Shown here: positions 10,784-21,265 of the stretch, one piece after another | How positions within the stretch are numbered: the first letter of the stretch is position 1 | How the letters are laid out: every line of letters starts with the position of its first letter | NCBI GenBank assembly: GCA_038867615.1 | Contig: JAWBYA010000002.1 | Coordinates: 64,001-128,000 of the forward strand | Reading direction: 5' to 3' | DNA from: Sulfolobales archaeon | Lineage (GTDB): Archaea; Thermoproteota; Thermoprotei_A; Sulfolobales; AG1 | DNA: 64,000 nt | Translations under genes and position numbers: made by a program | The notes under the pieces: model-generated | The model's database searches: none | Seen by the model: only the letters and a program-made list of their open reading frames with translations | Told to the model about the DNA's origin: nothing

Positions 10784-11539
10784 GTGGCGGAATTAGTTGA
10801 GACTCTAGTGATCCTCGATAATATTTCCAAAGAATACGGATCCAGAGGAAAGAGTGTCAGAGTTATTGATAATATCAGCCTCGAGATAGGGAGCGAGTTC
10901 CTAGCAATACTCGGGCCCTCGGGGTGTGGAAAGTCAACCCTGCTTAGAATGATAGCAGGTGTTGAGAAGCCGAGCTCTGGAAGGATAGTATATAAGACCC
11001 ATGATAAGGGATCGCCTTCTGTAGGCTTTGTCTTCCAGTCCCCCAACCTTATACCATGGCTCACAGCCCTTGAGAACGTAGCACTACCCCTCAAGGCCAG
11101 AGGGATCCCGGCTAGAGAGGCTGAGGAGATTGCGAGAAGATACCTCTCCCTAGTAGGGCTCCAAGAGTTTGAGAACTTCTACCCAGACGAGCTAAGCGGT
11201 GGAATGAAGCAGAGAGTAAACATAGCCAGAGCACTTAGCGTGGAGCCCGAGATCCTCTTGATGGATGAACCCTTCTCACACCTAGACCCCCTCACCGCAG
11301 AGAGCCTAAGGGCAGAGTTGCTTGATATATGGCTATCAGGGTTATCGCCGGTAAAGGCGGTGGTCCTTGTAACCCACGATGTTATAGAAGCCGTATATAT
11401 GGCCGACAGGATCGTTATTCTCACACCAAGACCAGCCAGGATCTCCAAGATAGTGAGCGTGAATCTCCCAAGACCTAGAAACAGGCTATCGCCGGAGTTC
11501 GGGAAATTAGTAGATCTCGTGTACGAATACGTCAGCTAG
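10784..11539 (+). CDS. ABC ATPase, NitT/TauT family
   Basis: GPSGCGKST, VFQSPNLIPWLT, LSGGMKQRV, LLMDEPFSHLD, VTHD. Confidence 0.95.
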   Translation: MAELVETLVILDNISKEYGSRGKSVRVIDNISLEIGSEFLAILGPSGCGKSTLLRMIAGVEKPSSGRIVYKTHDKGSPSVGFVFQSPNLIPWLTALENVALPLKARGIPAREAEEIARRYLSLVGLQEFENFYPDELSGGMKQRVNIARALSVEPEILLMDEPFSHLDPLTAESLRAELLDIWLSGLSPVKAVVLVTHDVIEAVYMADRIVILTPRPARISKIVSVNLPRPRNRLSPEFGKLVDLVYEYVS

Positions 11540-11761
11540 CAACCAAGACCCATAGTAGGAGTAGAGCCAAGTATTGGTTACAGTAATTATTCGCGATACG
11601 TATTGAAAATACTTGGGCTTCCGATGGAAAAGATCCTAGGATCTGTGATGCCTAGAGTAACTTATATCGCGCTATACCTATCCAAATGAAACATATCTCC
11701 ATCCATGCTTGTAAGATCGCGTGGAGATCCTATCTAATCTCTACGGATAGAAAACACCTTA

Positions 11762-13042
11762 TTACTGAGAAGAAGCTTTAGGAGAGCCCGGCTGCCCAGA
11801 GATCCTTTTAGCCAGCTCTATGAGATCTGCGTCTCTGCTAACCATCCCAACGATCTGGACACCGACAGGGAGTCCTCTGATCTTTAAGGCTGGTATCGAT
11901 ATCGCGGGGGCGCCTGCGTATGATGCATAGAGCGTCTCATATGTTAGAACACCCCTCACAGGACCGTCCTCTCTTCCTAGGACATCATCTATCTTTGGTG
12001 CTGGTATCAGTGTTGTTGGTGTTGCAAGGGCGTCGTATCTTTTCAGGATCCTTCCTAGCTCTTGCCTCACCTCTTCCCTCGCAGAGAGGGCTTTGAGGTA
12101 ATCGATAGCGCTGTAGATCGTCTGCAACCCTCTCTCCACAAGCCTTCTCACGTCGGGGAAGTAGAGATCCCATTTATCCCTGTATCTTAGATGTATATGT
12201 GTAGCCTCGCTATACCTGATCACCATCACCTCCTTCCACACAGTGTTCACAGCTACCGGCATCTCAACCTCTGAATACTCATAGGCGATAGAGGCTATGT
12301 AGTCGAGGAACCTGTTCTCAACCTCTTCCACAATATCCTCATAACCCTTCTTTATATCGCTGGGCGCTCTGAACCATCTTGGCACAGCTATCCTGGGCTT
12401 TTCAACCCTCTTCCCACCCCTAGACCTAGATATTGCTGGAATCAGCGCTGAGGCAGCCCTCTCTATCCACGAGAGATCCTTTGCTATGAACCCGATCGTA
12501 TCGAGTGATGGTGAGAGTGGGAACACACCATCGTTATCGATCAAGCCGTATGTTGGTTTATAGCCATAGACACCGCAGAGAGAGGCAGGGATCCTCACGG
12601 ACCCTAGAGTGTCTGTTCCAAGAGCTACAGGGACTATGTCGGCGGCAACAGCAGCTGCAGAGCCACCGCTACTCCCACCAGCTATTCTCGAGAGATCATG
12701 GGGGTTTCTCGTAGGACCGAAGATCGAGGATGTTGTTGTCGGGCCCATGCCGAATTCATGGGTATTTGTTTTACCAATAACAACCCAGCCTCGTCTCTTA
12801 AGCCTCTTGATAACTTCTGCATCGCGTTTTGGTATATAGTCCTGAAATACTCTAGAACCCATAGTTGTTCTTATACCCTTTGTTTCTATTAGATCCTTTA
12901 CCGCTATGGGGTATGCACTATATCCCTTCTCAACAAGCCTTGAAGCCTCTTCAAGGGCTTTATCGTTATATGTTACTATAGAGTTGGTAGCCCTATTTAG
13001 GGACTGGGATCTTGGTGTAAACGCCTCCCTAACAAGATCCAT
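11762..13042 (-). CDS. Amidase signature family enzyme
   Basis: PIAVKD, GKTNTHEFG, GGSSGGSAAAVA, GTDTLGSVRIPAS (Lys-cisSer-Ser triad). Confidence 0.93.
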   Translation of the reverse strand: MDLVREAFTPRSQSLNRATNSIVTYNDKALEEASRLVEKGYSAYPIAVKDLIETKGIRTTMGSRVFQDYIPKRDAEVIKRLKRRGWVVIGKTNTHEFGMGPTTTSSIFGPTRNPHDLSRIAGGSSGGSAAAVAADIVPVALGTDTLGSVRIPASLCGVYGYKPTYGLIDNDGVFPLSPSLDTIGFIAKDLSWIERAASALIPAISRSRGGKRVEKPRIAVPRWFRAPSDIKKGYEDIVEEVENRFLDYIASIAYEYSEVEMPVAVNTVWKEVMVIRYSEATHIHLRYRDKWDLYFPDVRRLVERGLQTIYSAIDYLKALSAREEVRQELGRILKRYDALATPTTLIPAPKIDDVLGREDGPVRGVLTYETLYASYAGAPAISIPALKIRGLPVGVQIVGMVSRDADLIELAKRISGQPGSPKASSQ

Positions 13043-13108
13043 AACAAGGCACCATATAGAGCATTATATGAGGGCTAATATCTAGCCTCTCGAACAGATC
13101 CGGTGGGA

Positions 13109-13942
13109 TCAGCGTGTCTCCTCAGGCCTCTGCCCAGAACCTTCTATGAGGTTTCTCAAGAGCCTCAATACCCTCTCCTCCCGCTCGTCTCCCAGGGTCT
13201 CCATAGCCTTCCAGAGGGTCTTGAAGGCCTCTCTCCTTCTCTCCAATCTCTCTCTAAGCTTGAGTAGCACGTGATCCTTTATACTCCCCATAACCACCTC
13301 TTTCTCAGAGGGATCGAGCCTCAGCAGGATCGAGTCACCTATGTTGGGGGAAATAGAGGGGTCAACCTCCGAGGCAGCCATGACTATGAAGGCGGAGAGG
13401 ACGCCGATGTTCCATGTGCTAGATTCTCCTGGAGAGTATCCTGTGAGCCTCAGTATAGCTTCTGCGATTGCGGAACCAGCATGTGATCCTAGGACTATAT
13501 AGCCCGGCGAGCTATGGCGCGGTACTGCTAAACCTCTCTCGTTAAAGAGGTAGAGCCTTGGAGAGCCGTCCTGAGTAATTGTTGCTAGTGATAGATATGT
13601 GTTGGGGATCACGCCGAGGTTTCTTAGACCGCTATACCTCTCCATAAGCCTCTCCTCAACCTGTGATACTATTCTTTTAACCTCACTATCGCCCGGGTTT
13701 CTCCAGCTCCTCGAACCAACAGTGTCGAACCATTCTACAAAAACATCATCCACTATCTGGAATGCGGAGGACAAGATAGACTCGTCGCCATAACCACTAA
13801 CAATAGCCAGGGGCTTCTCCTTACCGCCCTCGCTATATATTATTGGCTTGACATTCCTAGGCTCTGGGAAACCAGGATCTATCGATCTACCATCAACCGT
13901 TACTAGAACACCACTACCCCAAACGATCGATATTGAGAACAA
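13109..13942 (-). CDS. Proteasome-subunit-like (Ntn-fold) protein, divergent
   Basis: N-terminal strand plus GVLVTVDGR, SGYGD, PRLYLF..RG, GYIVLGS; RBS GAGGTGG before TTG. Confidence 0.6.
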   Translation of the reverse strand: MFSISIVWGSGVLVTVDGRSIDPGFPEPRNVKPIIYSEGGKEKPLAIVSGYGDESILSSAFQIVDDVFVEWFDTVGSRSWRNPGDSEVKRIVSQVEERLMERYSGLRNLGVIPNTYLSLATITQDGSPRLYLFNERGLAVPRHSSPGYIVLGSHAGSAIAEAILRLTGYSPGESSTWNIGVLSAFIVMAASEVDPSISPNIGDSILLRLDPSEKEVVMGSIKDHVLLKLRERLERRREAFKTLWKAMETLGDEREERVLRLLRNLIEGSGQRPEETR

Positions 13943-14021
13943 AAACCCACCTCAGAATAAAAGCCCCAGCTCTGTAATAAGCATTAAGGCCGCTATACCA
14001 TGGCTAACAACGATCCTATAT

Positions 14022-17000
14022 CTATACAAGTTTTCTCCAAGCCCTTCTACCAAGTATGGATAGAAGGGGAGGCGCTACTAGATATGATGCTGCAGATGAT
14101 ATCAATAAAGCGCTTGCCAGCAGTGATAACCCTATCTGTCTCAGACCAATAGACGATGAGAGCATAAGGGATCCGAAGGCTGCCGCGACAACAAGAGCGA
14201 GCCCTATTACTAGTCTCCCCACAGCACCTGTCGCCATAGCTGTTCCCTCAGAGCCGCATTTACCTCTGTCTAGGCATACCTCTCTAGCTCTCGCCATATA
14301 GAAGCTATTATAATCCATACCCACCCCCAGCATGGCTGTGAATACAACCTGTGGCAGGAACCATATCATGGCTGTTGAGAAAACATTGTTAAAGATCACC
14401 CCGGTGAGGACCATGGAGACGAAGGATGAGAGAACCACTATAGCTACAGAGAGGATGGCTGCTAGAAGGCTTCCAAACACCACAGTGAAGATCACTATCA
14501 TAGACGCTACAGCGAATGGAAGCACCCTCTGCCAGAATAGGCTGTTGACAAGCCTATCAAGCTCCTCAGATGCCGCTGTAGAGCCCCCAACATAGATCTT
14601 ATACCCGTTCTCTTCTCCCCAGCTGCGGGAAACCTCTCTGATCTTTTTAAGAGTATCCACAGCTTCTTGGCTGAATGGGTTGTGGGAGAGCACGATCCTC
14701 AGATAGGATGTGTTGTCCGATATATATCTCAAGACGTATGGATCTCTCAACAGATCCTGACTTATGCTGAGAGGTTCTCCAAAGGGTCTTGTAGGTCCTT
14801 CCACGCTCTTCACACCATCTATCTTCTCTATGCTTCTCGACAGATCCTCTATCGATCTGAGATCCTCAAGCCCGATGCTTGTGTTCTTAACCATAACAAC
14901 ATAGGTTGGGAAGACAAAGCCATATCCTATATCAGAGGCCATAGCGTCTAGAGAGACTATAGAGGGGCTGTCGGAGGGGAGAAATAGTCTCAGATCGTGG
15001 GAAGCCTGTATAGATGGGTAAAGGGCTAGAGAGACTATCGAGATCACGATGAATATAGCTGGTACGAGAAGACCCAGCCTATTAATCCTCATGGCTAGAG
15101 AGCTAACAGCACCTCCAAACCCTCCAAACCCTTTGAAGCCCCATGAGAACCACTTAGAGCCACCGACAAGGGCAAGCACGGCTGGAACCAGCGTGAGAGA
15201 GGATGTGGCTGTTATTGCAACCACCAGTGGCATGAACACACCAAGGCTTCTGAATAGGGGGAACTCCCAGCCCAGTGCTAGCGAGCCAAAACCTGCTATG
15301 ACTGTTAGTGCACTCGCTATAATAGCCGGCCCTGCTCTCCTGAGCGCCTCCTCAGCAGCTTTCTTGGGATCCCGGAGTCTTGCATACTCCTCCCTGAATC
15401 TATAGACTAGATAGGCTGCATAGTCAGACCCTAGTCCGAGGGGTATAACATATATAAGGGTTCTTGTGAGGGATATCATTTCAGCAGCACCGCTTGCAGC
15501 AACAATATATGCTATCCCTCCACCAACTACGACACCGATCACTATACCGAGGTATGGTAGGATTACCGATGCCAGGCTTCCAAGAACAGCTATTAGGACT
15601 ATGAACACCAGGATCTCGCTCACCCTTGAGATCCTAGCCACATCCTCGGAAGCCGCTGTCTCGAGATCTCTAGCTATAGCTATACTTCCTGTCAGCATCA
15701 CAGAAGCGTTTGGAAAGATCTTCTTAATATCGCTGCTAACCCTTGAGAAGAAGAGCTTGCTGGATTCATATCTATCATCCCCCTGAGGCACATAGACCAC
15801 TATAAAGGAGTTGTTTCCAAGACCAACCAGCCTCCCCCTAACGGTTTCTAAAAGCTCGCCGAAAGATCTCCTGTATATGGTTTTTGAAACAAGTTCCGCT
15901 GCCTGTTCGAGCGTCTCATTACCTAGGGCAACGCTTAGAGAGCTCGACGCTATTATATCTGCTATGTAGGGATCTACACGGTATTTGCTTCCGAACTCCT
16001 CGACTATCGATGTTGATATTATCTGCACTATATAACTATAGACCCTGTTGAGAGAGTGGTTGGGATAACTATTAACCATATAGGAGACAAGCTCTAGAGC
16101 GATTCTAGAGGCATTATCACTTAGTCCGAGTCTTTTTGCCTCTGTAGATGTCATGTTGATCGATAGTGAGAGGAAATAATCCCGAGCAATAGCTTCAACC
16201 CTACCCGGTTCGCTGGCTATTCTTTCCATAATACTCCTGGGTAACGATCTGATCAGCTGGCCATAGCCCCTTTTCTCTCCAACAATCTGGACGAGCTCTA
16301 TGCTTGCGTTTACCAGCCTGTCTCGTTCTCTTAGGAGCCCTTGCCCTAGCGGATCGTATTTCTCTAGTATATATCTTAGATCGCTTGACGATATAGATCC
16401 GTTGCTTAGCCTCTCAGCAACCAGGGAGACATAGTCTCTAAGGGCTGATGCTATATCCTCTCTCGATGGGTTTTTCATTAACACATCAACTAGAGATGCT
16501 GCGAAGCTGGGGTCAATGTTGCCTATCCGGCTAACAAGGATCACTATAGCCTCTCTAGCCAGGCTCTGGTTACCATATATAGCCCCGCTGGCATCCGGAT
16601 CCAGGGTTACTAGGATCTCAACTAGGTATGGAGCATACATCGATATCATTGTATTGTTAGGGGCTTGTCTGAGAGCCTCATCAACCACTAGAGAGGCTAT
16701 TGATGTCTTGTTCACACTGCCTGATACTATCATCATGGAGAGCATTCTGGCTAGAGAGTCGCTAGCCCCTGTCTCTGCTATATATCTATAGATAATATCC
16801 TGGATATAGCTAGAACCTTTATCCCTGATCCCGTCAGAGATCTTTGGAGCTTTTGAGAGAAGTGTGTTGAGGAGAGCTATCTGTGACACTACATGTGATC
16901 CGTCATCATCGCTGGGCGGTTGAAGGGAACAGTAGAGACAGCCACCCTCTTCTCCATATACCTGGAGCCATGCTCTATAAAGGATCTCTCCGAGCACTTG

Positions 17001-17975
17001 GGCACTTCCATCATCAATACCAGGGATCAGTGTCCTCAGGTATTCTGGTAAAAGGATCTTCGATGTTATATTAGCTATTACGATATCCGCCTGTACCCCT
17101 TTCCTATAGGCTTCTCCAAATTCTCTGTATATTATAAGGGTTATGTTAAGTGGCAGAGGGGCTAGTCTGGGATCTATGCTGGTTAAGTTGGTATAGCTAG
17201 CATAGCTCTCCCCGGTTATATTGTAATAGTAAATAGACCTCGCGGCTTGCCACCATAGGAATAGATATAGCCTTGTAAGATCGCTCCTAGCTGTATCGTT
17301 ATATATGAGGGAGCTGGTGAGCTTTGAAACATCCTGTGAGTATCTATATGCCTGCTGATATATTTGCGAATACGACTGATCCAGCATCATGATCCCTTCG
17401 ATATATATTGGAAGCTCTCTTGAGAGGTTTACTGCTAGATCAACCCCCTCTGAGTAATTAGAATCAAGTGTAAGTAGCATCTCCTCGGAATATCTTAGCG
17501 AGATGGATAGGTTCTCGAAAATCATTATTACGTAGGATAGATTAGAACTAATATCGCTCGTGGTTTGTAGAAGCATTTTTGAGGCTATTAGCGAGCCGTT
17601 AATAGCTGTGTAGGAAGTGCTCCTTATACTGTTATACAGCTGTAATACCAGAGAGGGGTAGCCACCAATATCCCTCACCTCCTGGCTGCTCTGATTACTA
17701 ATACTGCCTATAACGCGCGCTATCTCAAGGCTTACGTCTGGATCGCTGATATCAATTCCAGTTACGTATAATATATCGGAACCACCCCCACCAGAGATCC
17801 TAGAGATCGTGGCACTAGCTATAGAGCTCTCAGAACTTTCTGGAAGAAGACTCTCTTCTGTAGCAAGGGTTATTGATTCTAGCGATCTGAATAGAGGGAA
17901 TGACACGCCGAGCGCTAGAACCCAGATGATCATTATACCAAAAGCTCTCCTAGCCAAAAAACCTGAAAGATTCAA
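14022..17975 (-). CDS. MMPL/RND family transporter with very large extracellular insert
   Basis: GLGSDYAAYLVYRFREE and GVGMDYNSFYMARARE TM4/TM10 motifs; two TM bundles. Confidence 0.9.
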   Translation of the reverse strand: MNLSGFLARRAFGIMIIWVLALGVSFPLFRSLESITLATEESLLPESSESSIASATISRISGGGGSDILYVTGIDISDPDVSLEIARVIGSISNQSSQEVRDIGGYPSLVLQLYNSIRSTSYTAINGSLIASKMLLQTTSDISSNLSYVIMIFENLSISLRYSEEMLLTLDSNYSEGVDLAVNLSRELPIYIEGIMMLDQSYSQIYQQAYRYSQDVSKLTSSLIYNDTARSDLTRLYLFLWWQAARSIYYYNITGESYASYTNLTSIDPRLAPLPLNITLIIYREFGEAYRKGVQADIVIANITSKILLPEYLRTLIPGIDDGSAQVLGEILYRAWLQVYGEEGGCLYCSLQPPSDDDGSHVVSQIALLNTLLSKAPKISDGIRDKGSSYIQDIIYRYIAETGASDSLARMLSMMIVSGSVNKTSIASLVVDEALRQAPNNTMISMYAPYLVEILVTLDPDASGAIYGNQSLAREAIVILVSRIGNIDPSFAASLVDVLMKNPSREDIASALRDYVSLVAERLSNGSISSSDLRYILEKYDPLGQGLLRERDRLVNASIELVQIVGEKRGYGQLIRSLPRSIMERIASEPGRVEAIARDYFLSLSINMTSTEAKRLGLSDNASRIALELVSYMVNSYPNHSLNRVYSYIVQIISTSIVEEFGSKYRVDPYIADIIASSSLSVALGNETLEQAAELVSKTIYRRSFGELLETVRGRLVGLGNNSFIVVYVPQGDDRYESSKLFFSRVSSDIKKIFPNASVMLTGSIAIARDLETAASEDVARISRVSEILVFIVLIAVLGSLASVILPYLGIVIGVVVGGGIAYIVAASGAAEMISLTRTLIYVIPLGLGSDYAAYLVYRFREEYARLRDPKKAAEEALRRAGPAIIASALTVIAGFGSLALGWEFPLFRSLGVFMPLVVAITATSSLTLVPAVLALVGGSKWFSWGFKGFGGFGGAVSSLAMRINRLGLLVPAIFIVISIVSLALYPSIQASHDLRLFLPSDSPSIVSLDAMASDIGYGFVFPTYVVMVKNTSIGLEDLRSIEDLSRSIEKIDGVKSVEGPTRPFGEPLSISQDLLRDPYVLRYISDNTSYLRIVLSHNPFSQEAVDTLKKIREVSRSWGEENGYKIYVGGSTAASEELDRLVNSLFWQRVLPFAVASMIVIFTVVFGSLLAAILSVAIVVLSSFVSMVLTGVIFNNVFSTAMIWFLPQVVFTAMLGVGMDYNSFYMARAREVCLDRGKCGSEGTAMATGAVGRLVIGLALVVAAAFGSLMLSSSIGLRQIGLSLLASALLISSAASYLVAPPLLSILGRRAWRKLV

Positions 17976-18069
17976 CCAAGACCTCCATTTTATACAGGGG
18001 TACGCCCACCTATAAACATTTCCTCGCTAAAGAAAATACATAGCCCATAGCATGAAAAACAGCCAGAAC

Positions 18070-18390
18070 ACCAGTTGAAATACATTAGATACCTCGGCGA
18101 TAAGGGCTCCGATGAAACAAGCCCTGAGGCTCATGATGCCAAGGGAAGAGCAATCGGTATAAATCATATCAACTGCTATGAAGCACTAACCATTTGTTCC
18201 TGGGTGTTCATTCCACTCACTTTATTCATGGCCTCATCCAGGGGTTTTCGCCTCTACCCTCAGGATCTCGGATCTCTAATCCTGCGGGGTCATGGGCGGC
18301 TGTCGAGCCAAACGGCCGCGGCTCCCATCTAGGGCTTGTGTGGGGAGACCCACACCGAGGACATTATCTTTCAAGGACTATAAATACCCC
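18070..18390. mobile_element. Two convergent decayed IS200/IS605 tnpB-tail-like remnants (putative)
   Basis: GC-rich non-coding stretch, hairpin GTGTGGG-GAGA-CCCACAC (18338-18355), similarity to element at 39947-40006; family assignment from recalled pattern only. Confidence 0.4.
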
Positions 18391-18602
18391 TGGGTGGTGG
18401 GGGAAGTAGCTTTCGGGCAAATGCCCCAATAACCATGAAAATCTCCAAACCTATTAATCCTCCTCCTTATGTATATCAAAAAGAAAATATCCTCAACGAG
18501 AACATATTAAAGATGGAAAGCACATCAAAGCAGCCTGAGTGACTGATATAAGGCAACCTCGCTTATTACCTCTGCAGTGATATAAAGAAATAGGTGTCAT
18601 AG

Positions 18603-19016
18603 TTGTATGTTGTTAGAAGAGTTGGAGAACTTATAAAGAGAGAACCTGTTACTGTATCACCAAGCACTAGTATTAGAAATGCTGTGAAGCTTATGAATGA
18701 GAGGAACGTTGGCAGCGTGGTCATAACAGATCCTGAGGGAAGGGTTCTAGGGATCTTCACCGAGAGGGATCTTGTGAAAGTCGTAGCAGGAGACATAAGC
18801 CTTGATAGTGATATAGGGAGCGTTATGACTAAAAACCCCGTGGTAGTGTTTGAGGAAGATCCCGTCTCAAAGGCTGTAACCATAATGGCTGAGAGGAGAA
18901 TACGCCACCTGCCAGTGGTTACTAGAAGAGGTACGCTGAGAGGAGTTATAACTGCTAGAGATATAACAGAGACTTTCAAGAAATATTTAGACGAACTAGG
19001 CGATGTAGGGGATTAA
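18603..19016 (+). CDS. Tandem CBS-domain protein
   Basis: VGSVVITD..G.VLGIFTERD and IRHLPVV...G.LRGVITARD. Confidence 0.93.
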   Translation: MYVVRRVGELIKREPVTVSPSTSIRNAVKLMNERNVGSVVITDPEGRVLGIFTERDLVKVVAGDISLDSDIGSVMTKNPVVVFEEDPVSKAVTIMAERRIRHLPVVTRRGTLRGVITARDITETFKKYLDELGDVGD

Positions 19017-19196
19017 GCTACAAACCCGTCTTTTCTTTTTATGTTTCACCAGATATTATAATAAACCCATATCCTGTGTTTATAACTATAGCTACTGATA
19101 AAGCTATCCCTCTGGTGTATATTCTTTTAAGATCCGTGTTGCTTGCTACTTCTATATACTGGTATAAAGCTGGGGATCATGTCTCTGGAGATGTTT

Positions 19197-20129
19197 TTAC
19201 CTCTTTGCATGATTCGCCAGGATAGATTCGATCTCACCGGCTATCCTCATTATCTCTTTCGATACTGGGGAGTCTGGGTATAGGTCTATAAATGATACGC
19301 CTCTATCATTGCTCTCAGCTATCCTGGGATCTAGGGGTATTTTGCCTAGGAGCCTTGTTCCCAGAGCATTGCTGAGCTTTAAACCGCCTGCCTTACCAAA
19401 TATATAGTATTCCTTACCATTCTCACACACGAAGTAGCTCATGTTCTCAATAACCCCTATGATTGGTATTTCCTTACCGAGGCTTGCTCTCACAAGCTCT
19501 ACGAACTTTATCGATTTTGCTACGACGTGGGAGCTTACCTCTGAGGGTATCGTTACAAATATAAGCCCATCTATTCTTGGGAACATCTGCACAAGGTTTA
19601 GAGCATCATCCCCGGTCCCTGGAGGCATGTCTATAAACAGGTAGTCAAGCTCTCCCCACTCGACATCCTCCAAAAGCTGCTGGATAACCCTAACCTTTAT
19701 CGCGCCTCTCCAGATAACTGGGGTTGATTTATCGCTCAGCATAAGGTCTATTGAGACAACCTTGATGCCCATATACCCCTCTGCAGGCATGATCCTGGCG
19801 ACGCCTGGCTTTACCTCAACAGCCTCCAAAAGATCCTGCTTAACCCCCAGCATTATAGGCATAGAGGGGCCGTGGAAATCCATGTCAAATACTCCTACTT
19901 TTCTACCAATCTTCCTCATAGCCATTGAGAGGGATGCTGTTACAAAGGACTTGCCAACACCTCCCTTACCGCTGAGCACAGCTACTATGTTCTTAACACC
20001 CTTGAGATTCTCGGCAACCTTCTGCCCAGGCTGGGGTGGGGGTGCTGGTGGTGCTGCGGGGCCTCTCTGCTGAATCCTAACCCCTCCTCTCTTCTCCTGA
20101 GGACTCTCGATCCTGAATGGGTTTGACAA
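19197..20129 (-). CDS. Mrp/ApbC/NBP35 Fe-S cluster carrier ATPase
   Basis: SGKGGVGKS, D.DFHGPS, PVIWRG, DMPPGTGD, ENMSYF.C. Confidence 0.93.
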   Translation of the reverse strand: MSNPFRIESPQEKRGGVRIQQRGPAAPPAPPPQPGQKVAENLKGVKNIVAVLSGKGGVGKSFVTASLSMAMRKIGRKVGVFDMDFHGPSMPIMLGVKQDLLEAVEVKPGVARIMPAEGYMGIKVVSIDLMLSDKSTPVIWRGAIKVRVIQQLLEDVEWGELDYLFIDMPPGTGDDALNLVQMFPRIDGLIFVTIPSEVSSHVVAKSIKFVELVRASLGKEIPIIGVIENMSYFVCENGKEYYIFGKAGGLKLSNALGTRLLGKIPLDPRIAESNDRGVSFIDLYPDSPVSKEIMRIAGEIESILANHAKR

Positions 20130-20193
20130 GAGGGCTACCTAGTTTTACTACCGCTAGGGAGCCTATATTACCGTTTTAAAAGATCTAGAAGAT

Positions 20194-21180
20194 CTACTCA
20201 ACAGCTGGTTCATCCATATATACTATGCCTTCATCAGCATCCATAGTGACTCTCGAGCCTATCGCCAGCGGGTATACGTAATGCCCATGCTCATCCCCAC
20301 CATGGCAGCATGGGAAGTTGATGAAAGACGGTGTCTTTATATACCTCCTAGCCCTGTCCACTATAACCTCTTCGATACTTGGTGTTGGTCCTCTCACCTC
20401 TGGTTCGGGGAACTCACCGAAGATCACGCCCGATGCTTTTTGCAAATGCCCTCCTAGGGCTAGTGATGTGAGGAAGTTATCTATTCTCCAGGCATCCTCC
20501 CTTATATCTTCTAGGAAAATCACCTTACCTTCTGTGTTAACGCCATACGGTGTTCCCTGGATCATTGTGAAGAGTATAAGATTACCCCCAACAACCTCGC
20601 CAGAGGCTCTTCCAGGATTTATTGTTTTTGGGAATGCTCCATCCCCAGGGGGTCTGAGTTCGAGGACCTCTCCCTGGAGGATCTTTAACACCATCTCCAA
20701 GTTGCTCTTATACCTTTTAGCACCTATCTCATCACCGAGCTTCGGGGTTGTTGCTACCATTTCTCCATGTATACTCACCAACCCTGATCTTGAGTAGAGC
20801 GCGTTCTGAAGAGCTGTTATATCGCTAAAACCTATAAGTGGTTTCGGGTTGCTTGCTACAAGATCATAGTCTATAGAGTCGAGAAGCCTTATACCACCAG
20901 CGCCACCCCTAACACACCATATGGCATCTATATCTCTTCTTCTGAAACCCTCCATGAGATCTTTTATCCTAACCTCTTCCGGGGCGGAGAGATACCACCG
21001 CCTCATGGCATACTTAACACTATCGCCAAGAACTATGTTGAACCCGTATTTCTTCAGGATCTCTATACCCATACTCAAATTCATGCCAGGATATACTGGG
21101 TAGCTTGAAGGAGCTACAAGAAGTATTCTTGATCCTGGCTTGATCCTAGGGGGCTTGATCCTTGTTCTCAAGCGGCTCAC
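20194..21180 (-). CDS. S66 family LD-carboxypeptidase (LdcA/MccF-like)
   Basis: VAPSS, C.RGG.G, GFSDIT (Ser), GGNL, FLEDI.E (Glu), CCHG (His). Confidence 0.9.
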   Translation of the reverse strand: MSRLRTRIKPPRIKPGSRILLVAPSSYPVYPGMNLSMGIEILKKYGFNIVLGDSVKYAMRRWYLSAPEEVRIKDLMEGFRRRDIDAIWCVRGGAGGIRLLDSIDYDLVASNPKPLIGFSDITALQNALYSRSGLVSIHGEMVATTPKLGDEIGAKRYKSNLEMVLKILQGEVLELRPPGDGAFPKTINPGRASGEVVGGNLILFTMIQGTPYGVNTEGKVIFLEDIREDAWRIDNFLTSLALGGHLQKASGVIFGEFPEPEVRGPTPSIEEVIVDRARRYIKTPSFINFPCCHGGDEHGHYVYPLAIGSRVTMDADEGIVYMDEPAVE

Positions 21181-21265
21181 CGCTAATGATTAGGAATATG
21201 GCGGTAAATAATCCTAACCCGGTTAGACAGGCGAATATATAGATCTGTGTATGTTGTTTAAGGAG

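Noticed and set aside
18075-18409. Short ORFs of 85 and 71 aa
   Set aside because: No coding-like composition or RBS; treated as non-coding remnants
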